DNA from: Cycas panzhihuaensis
Lineage: Eukaryota; Plantae; Cycadophyta
Assembly: GCA_023213395.1 (NCBI GenBank)
Contig: CM041465.1
Coordinates: 230,275,741 to 230,339,740 of the forward strand
DNA: 64,000 bases
Direction: 5' to 3'
Within the stretch, counting starts at the first letter, position 1, and each line of letters opens with the position of its first letter. Below the pieces are notes generated by a model. The model ran no database searches. It saw only the letters and a program-made list of their open reading frames with translations, and was not told where the DNA came from. Below are positions 38,535-51,300 of this stretch, piece after piece. Made by a program: the position numbers and the translations under genes.

Positions 38535-41500
38535 ATGCGACGTTCTCGCGCCGCTATGGGTTTGTCATTGTTAGAAGACCAATCGCCTCATTCCCTTCCA
38601 TCGTCGAGCCCCGTTTCGGCAATGGAAGGTTACCCGTCCGATTGGGCCTACCATGCCATGACTTCGGGAACTCATGAGTTCCCTTCGTCCGTTCCGGAAT
38701 CCACCCGTGAGGCGAGGATTCCATCTATTACCCTGATGACCATTTCCACCCCGAAGATTTTGAGCCTTCCACTCATGCAGCGGAAGATCCGGCTACTCGT
38801 GAGACCCGCCACCCCACTGGCGAGCCTTACGAGGAGCGCCCTGAGGGATCCCCTACTTTTGAAGTCCCTTCGACCTCGTATGGCTATGAGGATACCCCTC
38901 CCGCCGACGGACGAGGCGCTTGGCGAATACTTTCGGCGGTTCGCCAACCGCCTCCTAGATGGTTAACGGAGATGCTACGCAACGTGGCGACTTCCTCATC
39001 CATGCCCACGTCATCTACGACGGTTGATACGTCACGCGCACACCTGTCCTATGCCGTGTCTACCCCGGCTCCTAAGGCGAGTGTTGCGTTTGCCGTTCCT
39101 AGTCGTGGTCCCACTTCCTCGGGACCCGCGCGCAGCGCATCTTTCCCTCAACTCGGGGTTAGTATGCCTTGCTCAAACCAAACGCACGTGCCACCGCCGA
39201 ACGTGGCGCACGCGTTCCCTAGTAGGCCTCGAGGCCCTGCTAGCGCCGCCGCCAGCAATGTAGGACCCACTCCTACGTATGCCCAGAACCCGGTTGGTGG
39301 TCCTTCTCTTTACGTGCCCCCAGGCTACACGTCACAACCTTGGGGGCAGGGCAAAGGAAACCACCTCCCTGTCTATGGAGTGGACCCGTTGCACCCATAT
39401 GGGGTCGCGCCACCTACGGGTGGCCCATATGGGCAAAACCCGGTCCCTCACCCCATTCCGACGTCCAACAGCGACTCCTGGCTGCCGCGGCCAAGGGAGC
39501 GCCTCCTTTCCAACATCTACCCGCACCCCCTTCCCACAAGGGGTGTTTCCTCAAGGAGGGATGGGACCGACACCCCATCCGTTCCTTTCTTGGGTCGTCG
39601 ATCCCTTAGCCCAGGCAAGGACACGTCCTTTCGTGGACTATAGGTCGACGCCTCTGTCCGTTGAGGCGTTGAGGACTAACTTGCCGCCTCACCCTCCTGA
39701 AGTCCCCAAATTTGATGGGACTTCGTCGCAGGACCCAACCGAGCATGTGCGTAGCTTTTCCATGGCGTGCATTGACTATTGGGCCTCGACCACATCTTGA
39801 TGAAGCTCTTCCGCGATCCTTGCAGGCGACGCCTCAAGTGGTTCTACCGCCCATTCGATCTCCTCATTCCGGTGACTAGTGGGCGAGTTCGTCAACTATT
39901 TTGACGTAGCGCCCATTCGAAAGCGGAATGAAGGCGCTTCTGTCGCTCAAACAAGGTCACGATGAGATGAATCGTGACTTTGTGCGACGCTTTCATGACC
40001 TCCTTCACTCCACCAAGGCCACATTGCCTGAGGAGTTGAAGAGGGATCTCTTGTCAACGCACTTCGCCCGAGGTGCATGTGGAAGTCCTCAAGATGGGGG
40101 CAACCACGTGTGACTCCGCCATCTCGAGGTGTTTAGCTTTGGAGGCTATTGAGATCCAAGCAGTCTCAAGAAACCTCCCAAGCCCTCGCAACGCCTGAGG
40201 CGCCTCCTCCAACAAGGAGACCACACCTTCGCACTCGCTAGGTCCACCTCTCATCCGACCGAGAGGACCCTAGATCCGCTTACCTCCGCCATTCGCTCAT
40301 TCGGCGCCACGATGAAGGAGTTAAAACTCCAACCTCCTTCATCACCTACCCCTCATAGACCCGTCCGGCCAGACTTGCCGTGCGGCACCCCCCAAAGGGG
40401 GCAACACCCAGTCTTCTCAAGCAAGGAGGACCGATCCTCCCCTTGAGAAGAGTTGGTGTTCCATCCACGGGGAGTGTTTCCATGACAATGCGCGTTGCCG
40501 GGCACGCCCACGCCGACTCGTCCCCAGCGAGCATCGAGGCCTAATCTCGATCAGCCCATTCATAGAGACCCATTCCCCAAACATGGGGAATGTGGTCGTG
40601 ATGTTCAACAAAGATACAGTCAGAATCGGGATAGATCTCCCGATCCTCGCCCTTCGCATGGTAGAGGGAAGGGTGCGCGAAGGTCACCTTCACCTTCGCT
40701 CCCCTGACCGCCGTGCTCCATCACCTTCGCAGTCCCGCTACAAGGGAAAGAAGGTTGTCCAATTGCTTGAGACCACTCCGTTATATGCCTTAACCCGGTC
40801 CCAAGCCGCTAAAGAGGCAGCTGGTGCCTCTTCATCCACATCTCACCTTGATCCTCCTCCGGAAGCCGTTCCTCCGGAGATTCCTGCGCTTCCCAAGACT
40901 ATTCCCGTCCGCCCCGGTCGATTCGACTTTAGAAGGGCGCTTACCCAACCCACAGGGAAGGGTAAACCCTTTTCTATTGTTGACGAGCTCTATCTGGTCG
41001 CGGGAATGTCCTTGATGGACGCCTTGAGAAGCCGCCACAGCAACGTGCTCTTCTTCTTGAAGCTCTTGGCCAACAAGACGCTTCCATCCATGCGATAGGT
41101 GCTACCTCCCATGGACCACCTGTCATCTCATTTGATCCCGAGATCTCCCATCTCCCAAAAGCGGAGAAGCTTTTGCATTACCCGTCATTACCATTGACAC
41201 TCGATTGTATCGTAACGCGGACCATTGTAGAGAGCGCCTCCTCGGTTAACGCTATGCCTGTGCGTATGCTCAAGGAGCTAGGCATAGTAGCTCTTGAGTC
41301 TGTCCCTTGGAAATGCCAAGGGTATGATGGGACTGAGAAGTCCCCTCTGGGGGCAGTCTCCCTATCCCTCACCTTAGGAGGGAAAACCGTTGCTGTACTC
41401 GACGTCGATGTGGAGTACAACCTCTTGTTGGGCCGACCATGGCTCGACCAGATGGGAGCAGTCTGCTCCACGCAGTGGGGGCAACTTAAATTTGTCCATG

Positions 41501-42207
41501 AAGGACAAGTTAAAGTTGTCGCCCGTGAGCCAATGCCGCCTCACACCTCTCATCCAGCCTGCCAGGCTGTTTTCGATGATGAAGATAGTGATCCTGAGGA
41601 GGTTACCCCTTTCGTGGGACCTTTGTTTCAGGAGACCGACCTTCATCGGCCGTGCCCTATGCCACGTCATGAGCCAAACCTAGTTAGGTTTGCCCCTATT
41701 GGCGTAGGTGGTTACGGTTACTTAGCCGCCATGAGTGATTTTGATTCGGATGGCGAGGGTTATGGGCCCTCTCCTCGACGTGTCACCCTGGTTTCGCGAG
41801 CACCTAGGGGAATATCTCAATCGGATATTCCCGCTCTTCCTCATTCTACAGTGGCTCCCGAGCCGCTGGTCTTAAACCAGCCATCTATTTTACCTTCTCG
41901 GCCTCCCCGAGCGATTTCACGTAAGCGCCCACGTCGGCGAGCCACTCGTAGAGGCACTTCTTCTTCACGTTCTAGATCCTTACCTCGGACTAGAGCCACT
42001 CCTCCTCGGATGCAACCTTGCCACGCGGTCCGCCGTGTGCCAAGTCTGTTGCACTCATCTGGTTCCGACCATAGCAAGTTTACTGGTAGACCTAGCCACA
42101 CTAGGCCTACTCTTCATCACCTATCTCCTACGCTACGTGTGACTACCCCTACCTTTATGGGGTCTAGGCACACCTCTTCCTCTCCTCGTGCTCCGAAACG
42201 AGCCTAA
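38535..42207 (+). pseudogene. Frameshifted gag + aspartic protease of element H; no RT, RNase H or integrase
   Basis: Pro-rich N-terminal ORFs. Gag motif PEVPKFDGTSSQDPTEHVRSF at ~39700 and LKQGHDEMNRDFVRRF at ~39945. Protease-like RTIVESASSVNAMP...YNLLLGRPWL in ORF 41173-42207. Confidence 0.8.
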
Positions 42208-42521
42208 ACTACCATTTTAAATTGTTCCCATTCCTCCCAACCACGGGTGGAATGGCAATTTAAGATGGATCCGTGCTCCGAAACGAGCCTAAACTACCAT
42301 TTTAAATTGTTCCCATTCCTCCCAACCACGGGTGGAATGGCAATTTAAGATGGATCCGTTCAAACGAGCCTAAACTACCATTTTAAATTGTTCCCATTCC
42401 TCCCAACCACGGGTGGAATGGCAGTTTAAGATGGGCCCGTGCTCCGAAACGAGCCTAAACTACCATCTTAGGTTGTCCCCATTCCTCCTAACTGCGGGTT
42501 GAATGGCAATTTAAGGTGGAT
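42187..42521 (+). repeat. Tandem array, 4 x ~85 bp, each unit a long hairpin, in the 3' region of H
   Basis: Units start at 42187, 42272, 42357 and 42438. Internal inverted repeat ccattttaaattg..ccattcc / ggaatgg.caatttaagatgg. Confidence 0.92.
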
Positions 42522-45500
42522 TTTTCTTCAGTTTCGCTTCCAGTTCCTCCTGCGGAACCCGCGTTCCCATGAGCTCTTGGGAACCTCTGTCTTCCTATTT
42601 TGGGCACTCCCCAAATTAGGACGACGCTGTGGAGTATCGTTACTCCCCTTTTCCATGCTTGTCGTTTCCTTTGCACATTCCGCTATGCTCCCTCGTGGAC
42701 ATGTATGTCGCCCCATCCTCTAACCTCACACCTCTCGATCGCCTCTACTCACGGTGGATGTGTGTGCTCCTGTTAGATATATGGCCATACATGGAAGGAA
42801 ACACCTGCATACTTTCAATAAGATATCTACAACAAAAAATCTACATATCTACACATTTGCATTTCTAAAACAAACAAATACTTACAGCATATAAACATTT
42901 ACAACATATGAAAATATTCATTTACAAAATAAATCATACATGCTACCTCTATCATACATGATACACACCATTTCATGCGGAGGCTTGTCTGGCCAGCCCG
43001 TGCCCAAGTCTCTAGTTGCGGGTTAGTTAGATGCGCTTGCCACATGCTTTGGATGCCCTGCTACTTCATATTGCACCTTGTAGCACGGGCATCCGTCCTT
43101 CTTGCTTACTTGATTTCAGCTCGATGTTTAGACGACGTGGCGGCCCTACGTTGTCCTCGTCTCTCGCCCCTTGTCCACGCAGCGTTCGCCACGACACTTG
43201 CCCGCACCCTTGGACCACGTGCTGCTCTTTATTGTTTATATATATATGCATGTGCTACTCATGTTTCTTGGTTGTGACGATTCGCCATCACATTACGCTC
43301 TCAGCGGTGAGGCTCTGCGCCGAGGCGATGTTCCGGCTATCGGGAATGGACTTCTGACACGTCGACACGAGTTTGTGCGGTATATGCCTTTACTTTGCTT
43401 ACTTATGATCGTTCGATGGTGGGAATGGCTTGATTGACATGTGCCTGTCCATATGCACCTATTTGATTGTTTGTTCATTATGCATGTGCCTAACGGCACC
43501 TTTTAGCCTATGACGACTCACAATGGGCATTCATCGTGATCACGACACCCGTATGGCGTACAACCACCCACGACGTCTCCATGGTCTTTCGGGATGCTTT
43601 CGCCGGCCTGTTTATGCGTGTTACCGCGTGCCGCTTATGTTGCAAACCCTTTCTAAGCTGGTTTAACCCTTAGTTAGGTCTTTTTGCACCGTTTGAGTAC
43701 ATACCCATCCCCTAAAGGCGCCCATTACTAATGTATTTTGAGTTTAACTTATGATTTTACCTTAAAGACCGATTTCTTACTTTAATTTTTGTTTTTGGGT
43801 TTTGGTTCCGTCATGATAAATTAAGCGATCAGCGGAGTTCAGGCGGTACCGGTGCATCTGCGATAAACTTAGCATCTGCTAAGTTTATCGCGGTACGACT
43901 GTTTAAAATTTAAAAAGAAACAGCGACGGTGCCGCGATTTTTCGCTGCCGCGTGGCTCTAACAGTTGGGCGCCCGAGGGCCCCCAACGCTCACTTGCTTC
44001 ACTCAAGACATAAAAACCATTTTTTCATTCATTGGCTTCATTATTATTCACCTCACTTTTCAACTTTCCTAGAGCATTTTTTCACAAAGAGACAAAGAAC
44101 AAAAAGCGTTGATAAGAGACATCCTCCTACAACCGTGGATCGAGGTACAAAGGGTCGCTATTGCTGGAGTTGCGGGGCCATTCTTGCCCCCTCACAGAGT
44201 CTGTTCTAAGCACTCTTCCTCTTCATACATTCTCAAGGCTTCCAAGAGGATTTTTCACCAAGAAAGACCATCGCAAGGAGCCATTTCCAAGCTTTTGACT
44301 TGCATGAGGTTCCACTACCTTATTCTCTTGCAAGGGACATGCAACAACACCTCATAGGCATTGGTTGGACCGCACCAAGCTTCCAAGGACCCACATGCTC
44401 TCATTTCTCATCATTGGAGGTATTTGGTGTCCCTTGTTAAGTGTTTTTTGCTTATTTCTTCATTGCTTACTTGCAAATCTTTTCCTCTCTTTGTGCATGT
44501 ATTTCCTTGAGTTTCCCTTGATCATTTGATGCAAATAACCGTAGCGGTTGTGGCCCATTGGAGTGTTGCCCTAGGCTAGGCCTAGTTTCTCACTTGCCCC
44601 CTAAACCCATCCTTTTCCTCCAACCCTTCTCTTCGCCATTTCTTGGGCAAGCAAGATAAAGGGTTACACGAGGGTTAGAGGGAGGTAGGCGGGTTCTGCT
44701 CCCTCGCCGCCCTACTCCCCAAGGGTTCCGCCCCTTATCCTCTCCCCTTTATCTCCGCTTTTGCTTAGGAAACAGGCTAGAGAAGCTTTGGAGAGTCGGT
44801 TTGAATACCCGCCTTGGTATAGGCTATCCGCTGCTACACGACCCGCCCCTGTTACATGCTAGCATCGCTCCCTTATATCCTGTGGAGACCTCTCGTGGGT
44901 GAGTTAGCCATCCCGAGGCTACACTCGATCCCGCTTGGTGCGTTGGTGGTGTATGTCGATTGCATATGTGTCGTGTGACTTCGTTTCCTTTCATTGCATG
45001 TTAGTGCCTAACCGTATCTTCCTAGCTTAGTTTATTTTACTTGCGGCACATATATACATACCTTTTTGTATCTCGTAGCCTCTCTCGAGAGGAAGGTATT
45101 CCGCTTATTTGCTTGCGGAGCGTCGAGCAAAGGGGCATAGGGTCGACCCATTCACGGCCGACGCTTGTTTGGTACGTTCTCCCTTTTGTTTATGTCGCTT
45201 TGAGCTTTCTTTTCATCGCTTCGCTTTAGTTAGTGTTTATTTGCTTTCGGGAGGTAAGTGATCCCCATCACCGCTGCAACCGACGCCGTGACACGAGAGG
45301 GACGACGGAGGAAGCACAACCGTGGACGGACACTGCCTCACCCAACCGCCGAATCCAGTATTCTCCGCTCACCTTCCATACTCTTTTTTCGTGCTCTACG
45401 CTCCTTTACACTTGCTTTAGTAGTTACACAACATAAGAAAAAGGGGAAGAAATAACTATCTAGTTTGTACTTGCTTTTACTCGCATTTACTTTACTTGTA

Positions 45501-48315
45501 CATTTCTTTGCTATACCCTCAGACATGGTATTTGAGATCCTGTGACCGATCCCTCCTTAGCCGCTCTTGCATATATTTTACCCGTGACACGTTCGGTTGG
45601 TTGCCCCCCTTCGCCGCTTTCTCATTGCCTTGAGAAGTAGCGGCGAAGTTTCCTTTTTCCCTTCCCGCCATCCAAGGGTAGGAGGGTCTCGCCTTGCACG
45701 GCCACTGGAAGCAACCAGCACCTTGCGATCCCTGCACTCAAGGCGCCCCAAGACGGACGTCCCGCGAGGTATGATCCTCGTTCTTTAGCCTGTTAGCCCT
45801 GTGGTTTTGTGTCCTTCCCGCTAGGCGTTGGATCATTGCCCCGTGGAGAGCGTTTCAGTAGTCAAGCGTTTGTGCATATTCCTGATAAAAAAAGATCCAA
45901 ACTGGATGCAAAAAGCATAAAATGCATTTTGATAGGCTACAGTAAAAATTCAAAAGCCTATAAATGCATAGATCCTAAAACTAACAAAATCTATGTAAGC
46001 CGAGATGTCGTTTTTAGTGAAGAAGATTCTATTGAATTCTCACAAATTAGAATAATAGAGGAGGGTGAAAAGGGAATTGAACAGAAGTCGCTGTGTAATC
46101 AAAATGAAGGGACACATGAAGATGAGCAAGAAAATAAATTAGAGATCACTTCAGAAGAAGAAGCACCAAACGCTGAGCAAGAGAATGAATCTGAGATCAC
46201 TTCAGAAAAAGGGCCAACTGATCCATCATCAACAAGTGAAACTAGTCAAGTAACAGAAGACTCCAATGAGAAGGAAGACTCACGAAGATAGAAAAGGTTG
46301 CCAAAATGGTATATTAAAACAATTGAAGAAGGGAAAAGTAATGTAATAGAATAGAAAACAAGAGGGCAAAGGTCAAAAGTTCTTTTAAGCAAAGTCGAAC
46401 CTCAAAACTTTCAAGAAGCAAAAGATCGTCAAGAATGGAAAGTTGCAATGGACAATGAAATAAACTCAATCAGAAAAAATCAGACATGAGAATTAGTAGA
46501 ACTACCTGCCAACAAATCTGCTGTAAGCTGCAAATGGGTTTACAAAACAAAAAGGGGAATGGATGGTAAGGTAAAAAAGTATAAAGCAAGATTAGTCGTA
46601 AAAGGATATACACAAACAACAGGTGTAGATTTTGATGAAACTTTTTCTCTAGTAGCAGAAATGAACACTGTAAGAACAGTAATTGCCTTGGCTGCATCAC
46701 AAAATTGGAAAATCTCTCAATTAGACGTAAAAAGCGCCTTCTTAAATGGCGAATTAGAAGAAGAAGTCTACATGCAACAACCTGAATGATACATTGAAAA
46801 AGAACAAGAAAATTTGGTTTGCAGATTAAAAAAGGCTCTGTATGGTCTAAAACAAGCCCGCGGGCTTGGTATGCCAAATTAGATCATTTCCTTGAAGAAA
46901 ATAGTTCAATCGATGCAACTCTGACTCTAGTCTCTACATAAGGAAAAAGAACAAGGTAACGATAATTGTTGTCTATGTTAATGATATGCTTCTTACTGGA
47001 AATGATGAAGGAGGAATTAAAGACATCAAGGATCAACTTCAATAGAAATTTAAAATGACAGACTTGGGTTCGCTAAATTATTACTTGGGATTGGAGGTAG
47101 GTCAATATCAAAATTATATAACCTTGTCCCAGAGCAACTACATAAAAAATTTGCTTGTTCGATTTCAGATGGAGAACTGCAATCCATGTACAACGCCCAT
47201 GGGAACAAACTGTGACTTAATGGCAGATAGTATGGAAAAAGATGCTAATGTCACCTTGTATAGACAAATGATTGGAAGTCTGATTTATCTGACAGCCACC
47301 AGGCCTGACATATCCTATTCAGTAGGACTAATATCCAGATACATGCAAAATCCAAAATTGAGACATTGGCAGGCTGCAAAAAGAATTTTGAGATATCTTA
47401 AAGGAACAACAGATCTTAAGTTAGTATACTTAAAAGGATGCTCAATCGAAATATCAGGGTATTGTGACTCCGACTGGGCTGGAGACAAAGAACAAAGGAA
47501 ATCCACCAGTGGATATTATTGTTTCTTAGGATCATCAGCAATCTCCTGGTGTAGTAAGAAACATGCTACAGTTGCTCTCTCTTCTACAGAAGCGGAATAC
47601 AAAGCAGCTGTGTCAGTAACTTGTGAAGCTATCTCATTAAGACAACTTTGCTCGACCTGGATTAATAGGAAAAAAAGGCAACTTCCTTGAAGTGCGACAA
47701 TCAAAGTGCTATTAAGCTAACCAAAAACCCAATTCTACATGCAAGAACTAAGTATATTGAAGTTCACCATCATTTCATAAGAGAAAAGGTACATAATAAA
47801 GAAATTGACTTGAGTAATCGTCCCTCACCAACAGTTGCAGATCTTCTGACAAAGCCTCTTGGAAAAGAAAGGCTTAAATATTTAAGAAAAAAAATGAGAC
47901 TATTAGAGATAAAACATTAAGAGAGGGTGTTGATATGTAATGTTTTATCTAAGTGAGAAAGGGGGTCATGTTGGGACCACCCTCAAATGTAACTCCAATA
48001 TAAGATTGTGACACTTGGCAGTCTTAGAATGATCGGTTACATTTCAGTTTGTAACGGTCACATTGCTGATGTATATTTAAGAAGACTGAATCTCAATGAA
48101 ATCATGACTCTTTTCTCTTCTCTGTACAAATCAAGTTATGTCTTTGCTCTGTTTTTCAACACGCCCCTCATCACTTTATTCAGTTGTTGGATCTTTTAGT
48201 AAAATCAGGATTGTTGGTTTTGTTAGAAGGTGGAACTTAAACGACGAAAGTATTCAGTTTTTAAGTTATCTATTAGCTTTAAACTCTTTACAACTTAAAC
48301 ATGACTACTTTAAAT

Positions 48316-51300
48316 ATGCTCAATGCATACACAATCAAGTTGACAGGATAAGAGAATTATCAAGATTGAAAGAGGCAAACACAAAATCTCCTAAAGATGA
48401 ATGAACTTTAGGGTTATGTTTTTAGCAAATATCATTTACTTGAGCCTATGAAGGTTGATGGTGTGGTTGTTGATCCTGATGCTGATTATGTTGCTTCTTG
48501 GAAAGCCAAGGATGAAATAGCCTTGGCATTTTTGTATATGGTTATTGATGTAAATATTGATCAAAACATTTCAAATGCTAAAACATCTAACGAAGCTTGG
48601 GACATTTTGTTCTCTTTGTACGAAAGACGAGATGAAGTTCGCATATTATTAGTCAAAGTAAAATTTTATTCTATAAAGTATATAAAGCCTATGTCAGCAT
48701 TTCTTGCTTCTATTAAAGAAATTTATAATGAATTGAATACTTTAGGCAAACCTACTTCAAGGGATGAACTTGTAACCACAACCATTCGAGCTTTACTTAA
48801 AGATTTCAATGGTTTTATCTCATCTATCACTCGAGATGACTCTTTTTTTGCAATGTCCTTTAATCAATTAGAGAGTTTATTACTTCAAGAAGAGCAAATT
48901 TATGATAAAGAAAATGATAATAGTGCATCTACTTCAGGAGCTTTCATGATAAAGTTGAAGGCCAAACAAACTCTCAAACCTTCACTTACAAAACAATTTG
49001 GGAATATGAACATTGGCATTTCAAAAGTCAATGTTATTTGCCATTATTGTGGGAAGGTTGGCCACATAGCTCCTGATTGTCGAAAAAAGAAAGTCGATCT
49101 TTAGCGTACACATCAACAGTAGCCACATTAGAGACAACAACAGCCTTGTCAGTAGTTCCAGCAGCAGCAGTAGTTTCAACAACAACAACAATATCCCCCT
49201 TGACCAAATTGAGGTGCATATCGAGGAGGGTAAAGAGGAAGGGAAGGGGTTTCAGAGGTGGCAATCAATGTCACACAAATCAGTTTGCAGAAGAGGATAA
49301 GCTACTTTATGCTTATCACACTTCAGATGCTGATCAAACTTGGATCATCGACTCAGGGGCATCACGTCACATGATTGGAAGTGAAGAACTTCTTCATGAC
49401 ATCAAAGAAGGAAATGGTAAATCAGTAACTTTTGGCAACAATGAATCAGTGGGAATCTTTCTTTAACATTTCTCAATGGTGATGCCTACTACATTCCCTC
49501 CATGGACAAGAACTTGTTATCTGTTAGCTAATTTGACAAGCAACAAATGAGCATTTTGTTTAAAAATGGAAAATGTGTTATCAATGACAAGTATGATCAG
49601 GTTATAGTCATTGATCATGAAGACCATGGTCTTTATAAGTTGGATGTAAATAATATAACTTCTGATTCTGCTTACTCTATCATGCCATCATCAACAAAGA
49701 TGCAATTTTGACATCATCGTTTAGGCCATTTGAGTTTACACAATATCAAGTTGATGGTAAATAAGAATATGGTGCATGAACTTTCAAGGCTATATGGTTC
49801 AAAATGCCTTTGTGAAGCTTGTATAATAGGGACACAGCATAGATTGCCTTTTCCTAAAGGCAAAGCATGGCGTGCATCATATCCTTTGCAGTTGATATAT
49901 TCTAATTTATGTGGACGTATGTCCACAACATCTTTTGGAGGTGCATTGTATTATATCTCATTCATAAATGACTTCTCTCACAAAGTTTGGGTTTATTTTC
50001 TCAAACAGAAATCTGAAGCATTCTAGAAGTTCAAGGAATTCAAGTTTGAAGTAGAGAATGAATCTGGTTATACAATCAAAATACTAAGGTCAGATAATGG
50101 AGATGAATTCACTTCAAATGAATTCACTCAATTCTGCAAGGACAATGGAATTTGGAGACAACTCATTATTCTTCATACTCCTCAACAAAACGAAGTCTTT
50201 GAATGTATGAATAGAACTTTGGAAAATAAAGCCAAAGCTATGATGCACGTAAAATGACTCACACAAGCATATTGGGCAGAAGCATTCTACATAGTTGTTT
50301 ATGTGGAAAATCGAAGTCCTACCTCAACAGTCATTGACATCATACTAGAAGAAGCCTGGTCTGGTAAAGAGCTAACTGTTAGTCACTTAAGGACATTTGG
50401 GTGTACAGGATATATACACATCCTCGATCAACAAAGATCTAAGTTTGACAAACATAGTCTAAAATGCATCTTTGTAGGTTATGCCACTCATAGTAAAGTC
50501 TACAAATTGTATGATCCTATTGGAAAAAAAATGCATCTCTCAAGAGATGTAATCTTTGTTGAAGAAGAGCATAAGGAGTTGGAATTTGCATCCATCCAAC
50601 CTCCTCTTGATAAAGGTAAAAAGATTGTTGACTGTTTCCTTCCCTCTCAATCTTCCACATCATGTATACCATCTGCACCAGTTGGTCCGTCTACATCATC
50701 AGATACTACTCCACTTGATCCTAGCACATTGTCTTTTGATCCATTAGTCAGACTAGAAGACATTGAGGTTTAAGTTACATCAATTAAAAAATTGCTAAAA
50801 TGATTTATACAAATTATTTAAGACGGTCAGATTATTGAAGAAAAACATCTATCAAAATATAGGCAGCAAACCAATTATGCACTCATGGCTGATGTATTTT
50901 GTGTTGATGAGCTCTCCACCTTTGAGGAGGCATCTCAAAATGACAATTGAAAAGTCGATATGGATGAAGAAATCTATTCTATTGAAAAGAATAGAACATG
51001 AGATTTGATAGAATTATCTAAGCATAAACAGGTAATCAGTTGTAAATGGGTCTACAAGACTAAATTTCATTCTGATGGTACACTTAAGTGTCATAATGAG
51101 CAACTTGTTGCAAAAGGGTTCAAATAAAAAGAAGTCATTGAATATAAGGAGACTTTTGCCCCTGTTGCTAATATGAACACCATCAGACTCATCTTGGCCT
51201 TAGTTGTTCAATGCAAATGGCCAACATATCAGATGAACATAAAGAGTGTCTTTCTCAATGGCAATCTTCAAGAGGAGGTATATTTGGAACAACCTCCTGG

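Larger units (their letters stand above)
35806..45857 (+). mobile_element. GC-rich non-autonomous Ty3/gypsy (Tat/Ogre-like) element H with ~2.5-kb LTRs, TSD GTAGT
   Basis: Direct repeats 35806-38360(/38371) and 43329-45857. GTAGT at 35801-35805 and 45858-45862. Removing H restores the frame of G. Confidence 0.92.
33724..47920 (+). pseudogene. gag-pol of copia G (Gag, PR, INT, RT, RH), interrupted at KVFGS|QAFVHIP by element H
   Basis: ORFs 33622-34563 (Gag), 34660-35280 (WYIDSGASKHMT; GAG-pre-INT), 35470-35805 (RSDGGGEY, PQSNGVAERKNR), 45858-46291, 46559-46789, 47055-47690 (RT/RH) and 47687-47920. Confidence 0.92.
32825..48161 (+). mobile_element. Copia element G (short LTRs, related to A), TSD CACCC/CGCCC, nested in the leader of F; hosts H
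   Basis: 234-bp LTRs at 32825-33058 and 47928-48161 (6 substitutions by eye). PBS TGGTATCAGAGC at 33059-33070; PPT aagagaggg. The TSD copies differ by one CpG-type transition. Confidence 0.95.

Noticed and set aside
42187-42521. CRISPR-like array or hammerhead ribozyme (retrozyme) in the 85-bp repeats
   Set aside because: Units are whole-length repeats with no unique spacers and no cas genes, in eukaryotic DNA. GAAAC is present but there is no CTGANGA core.
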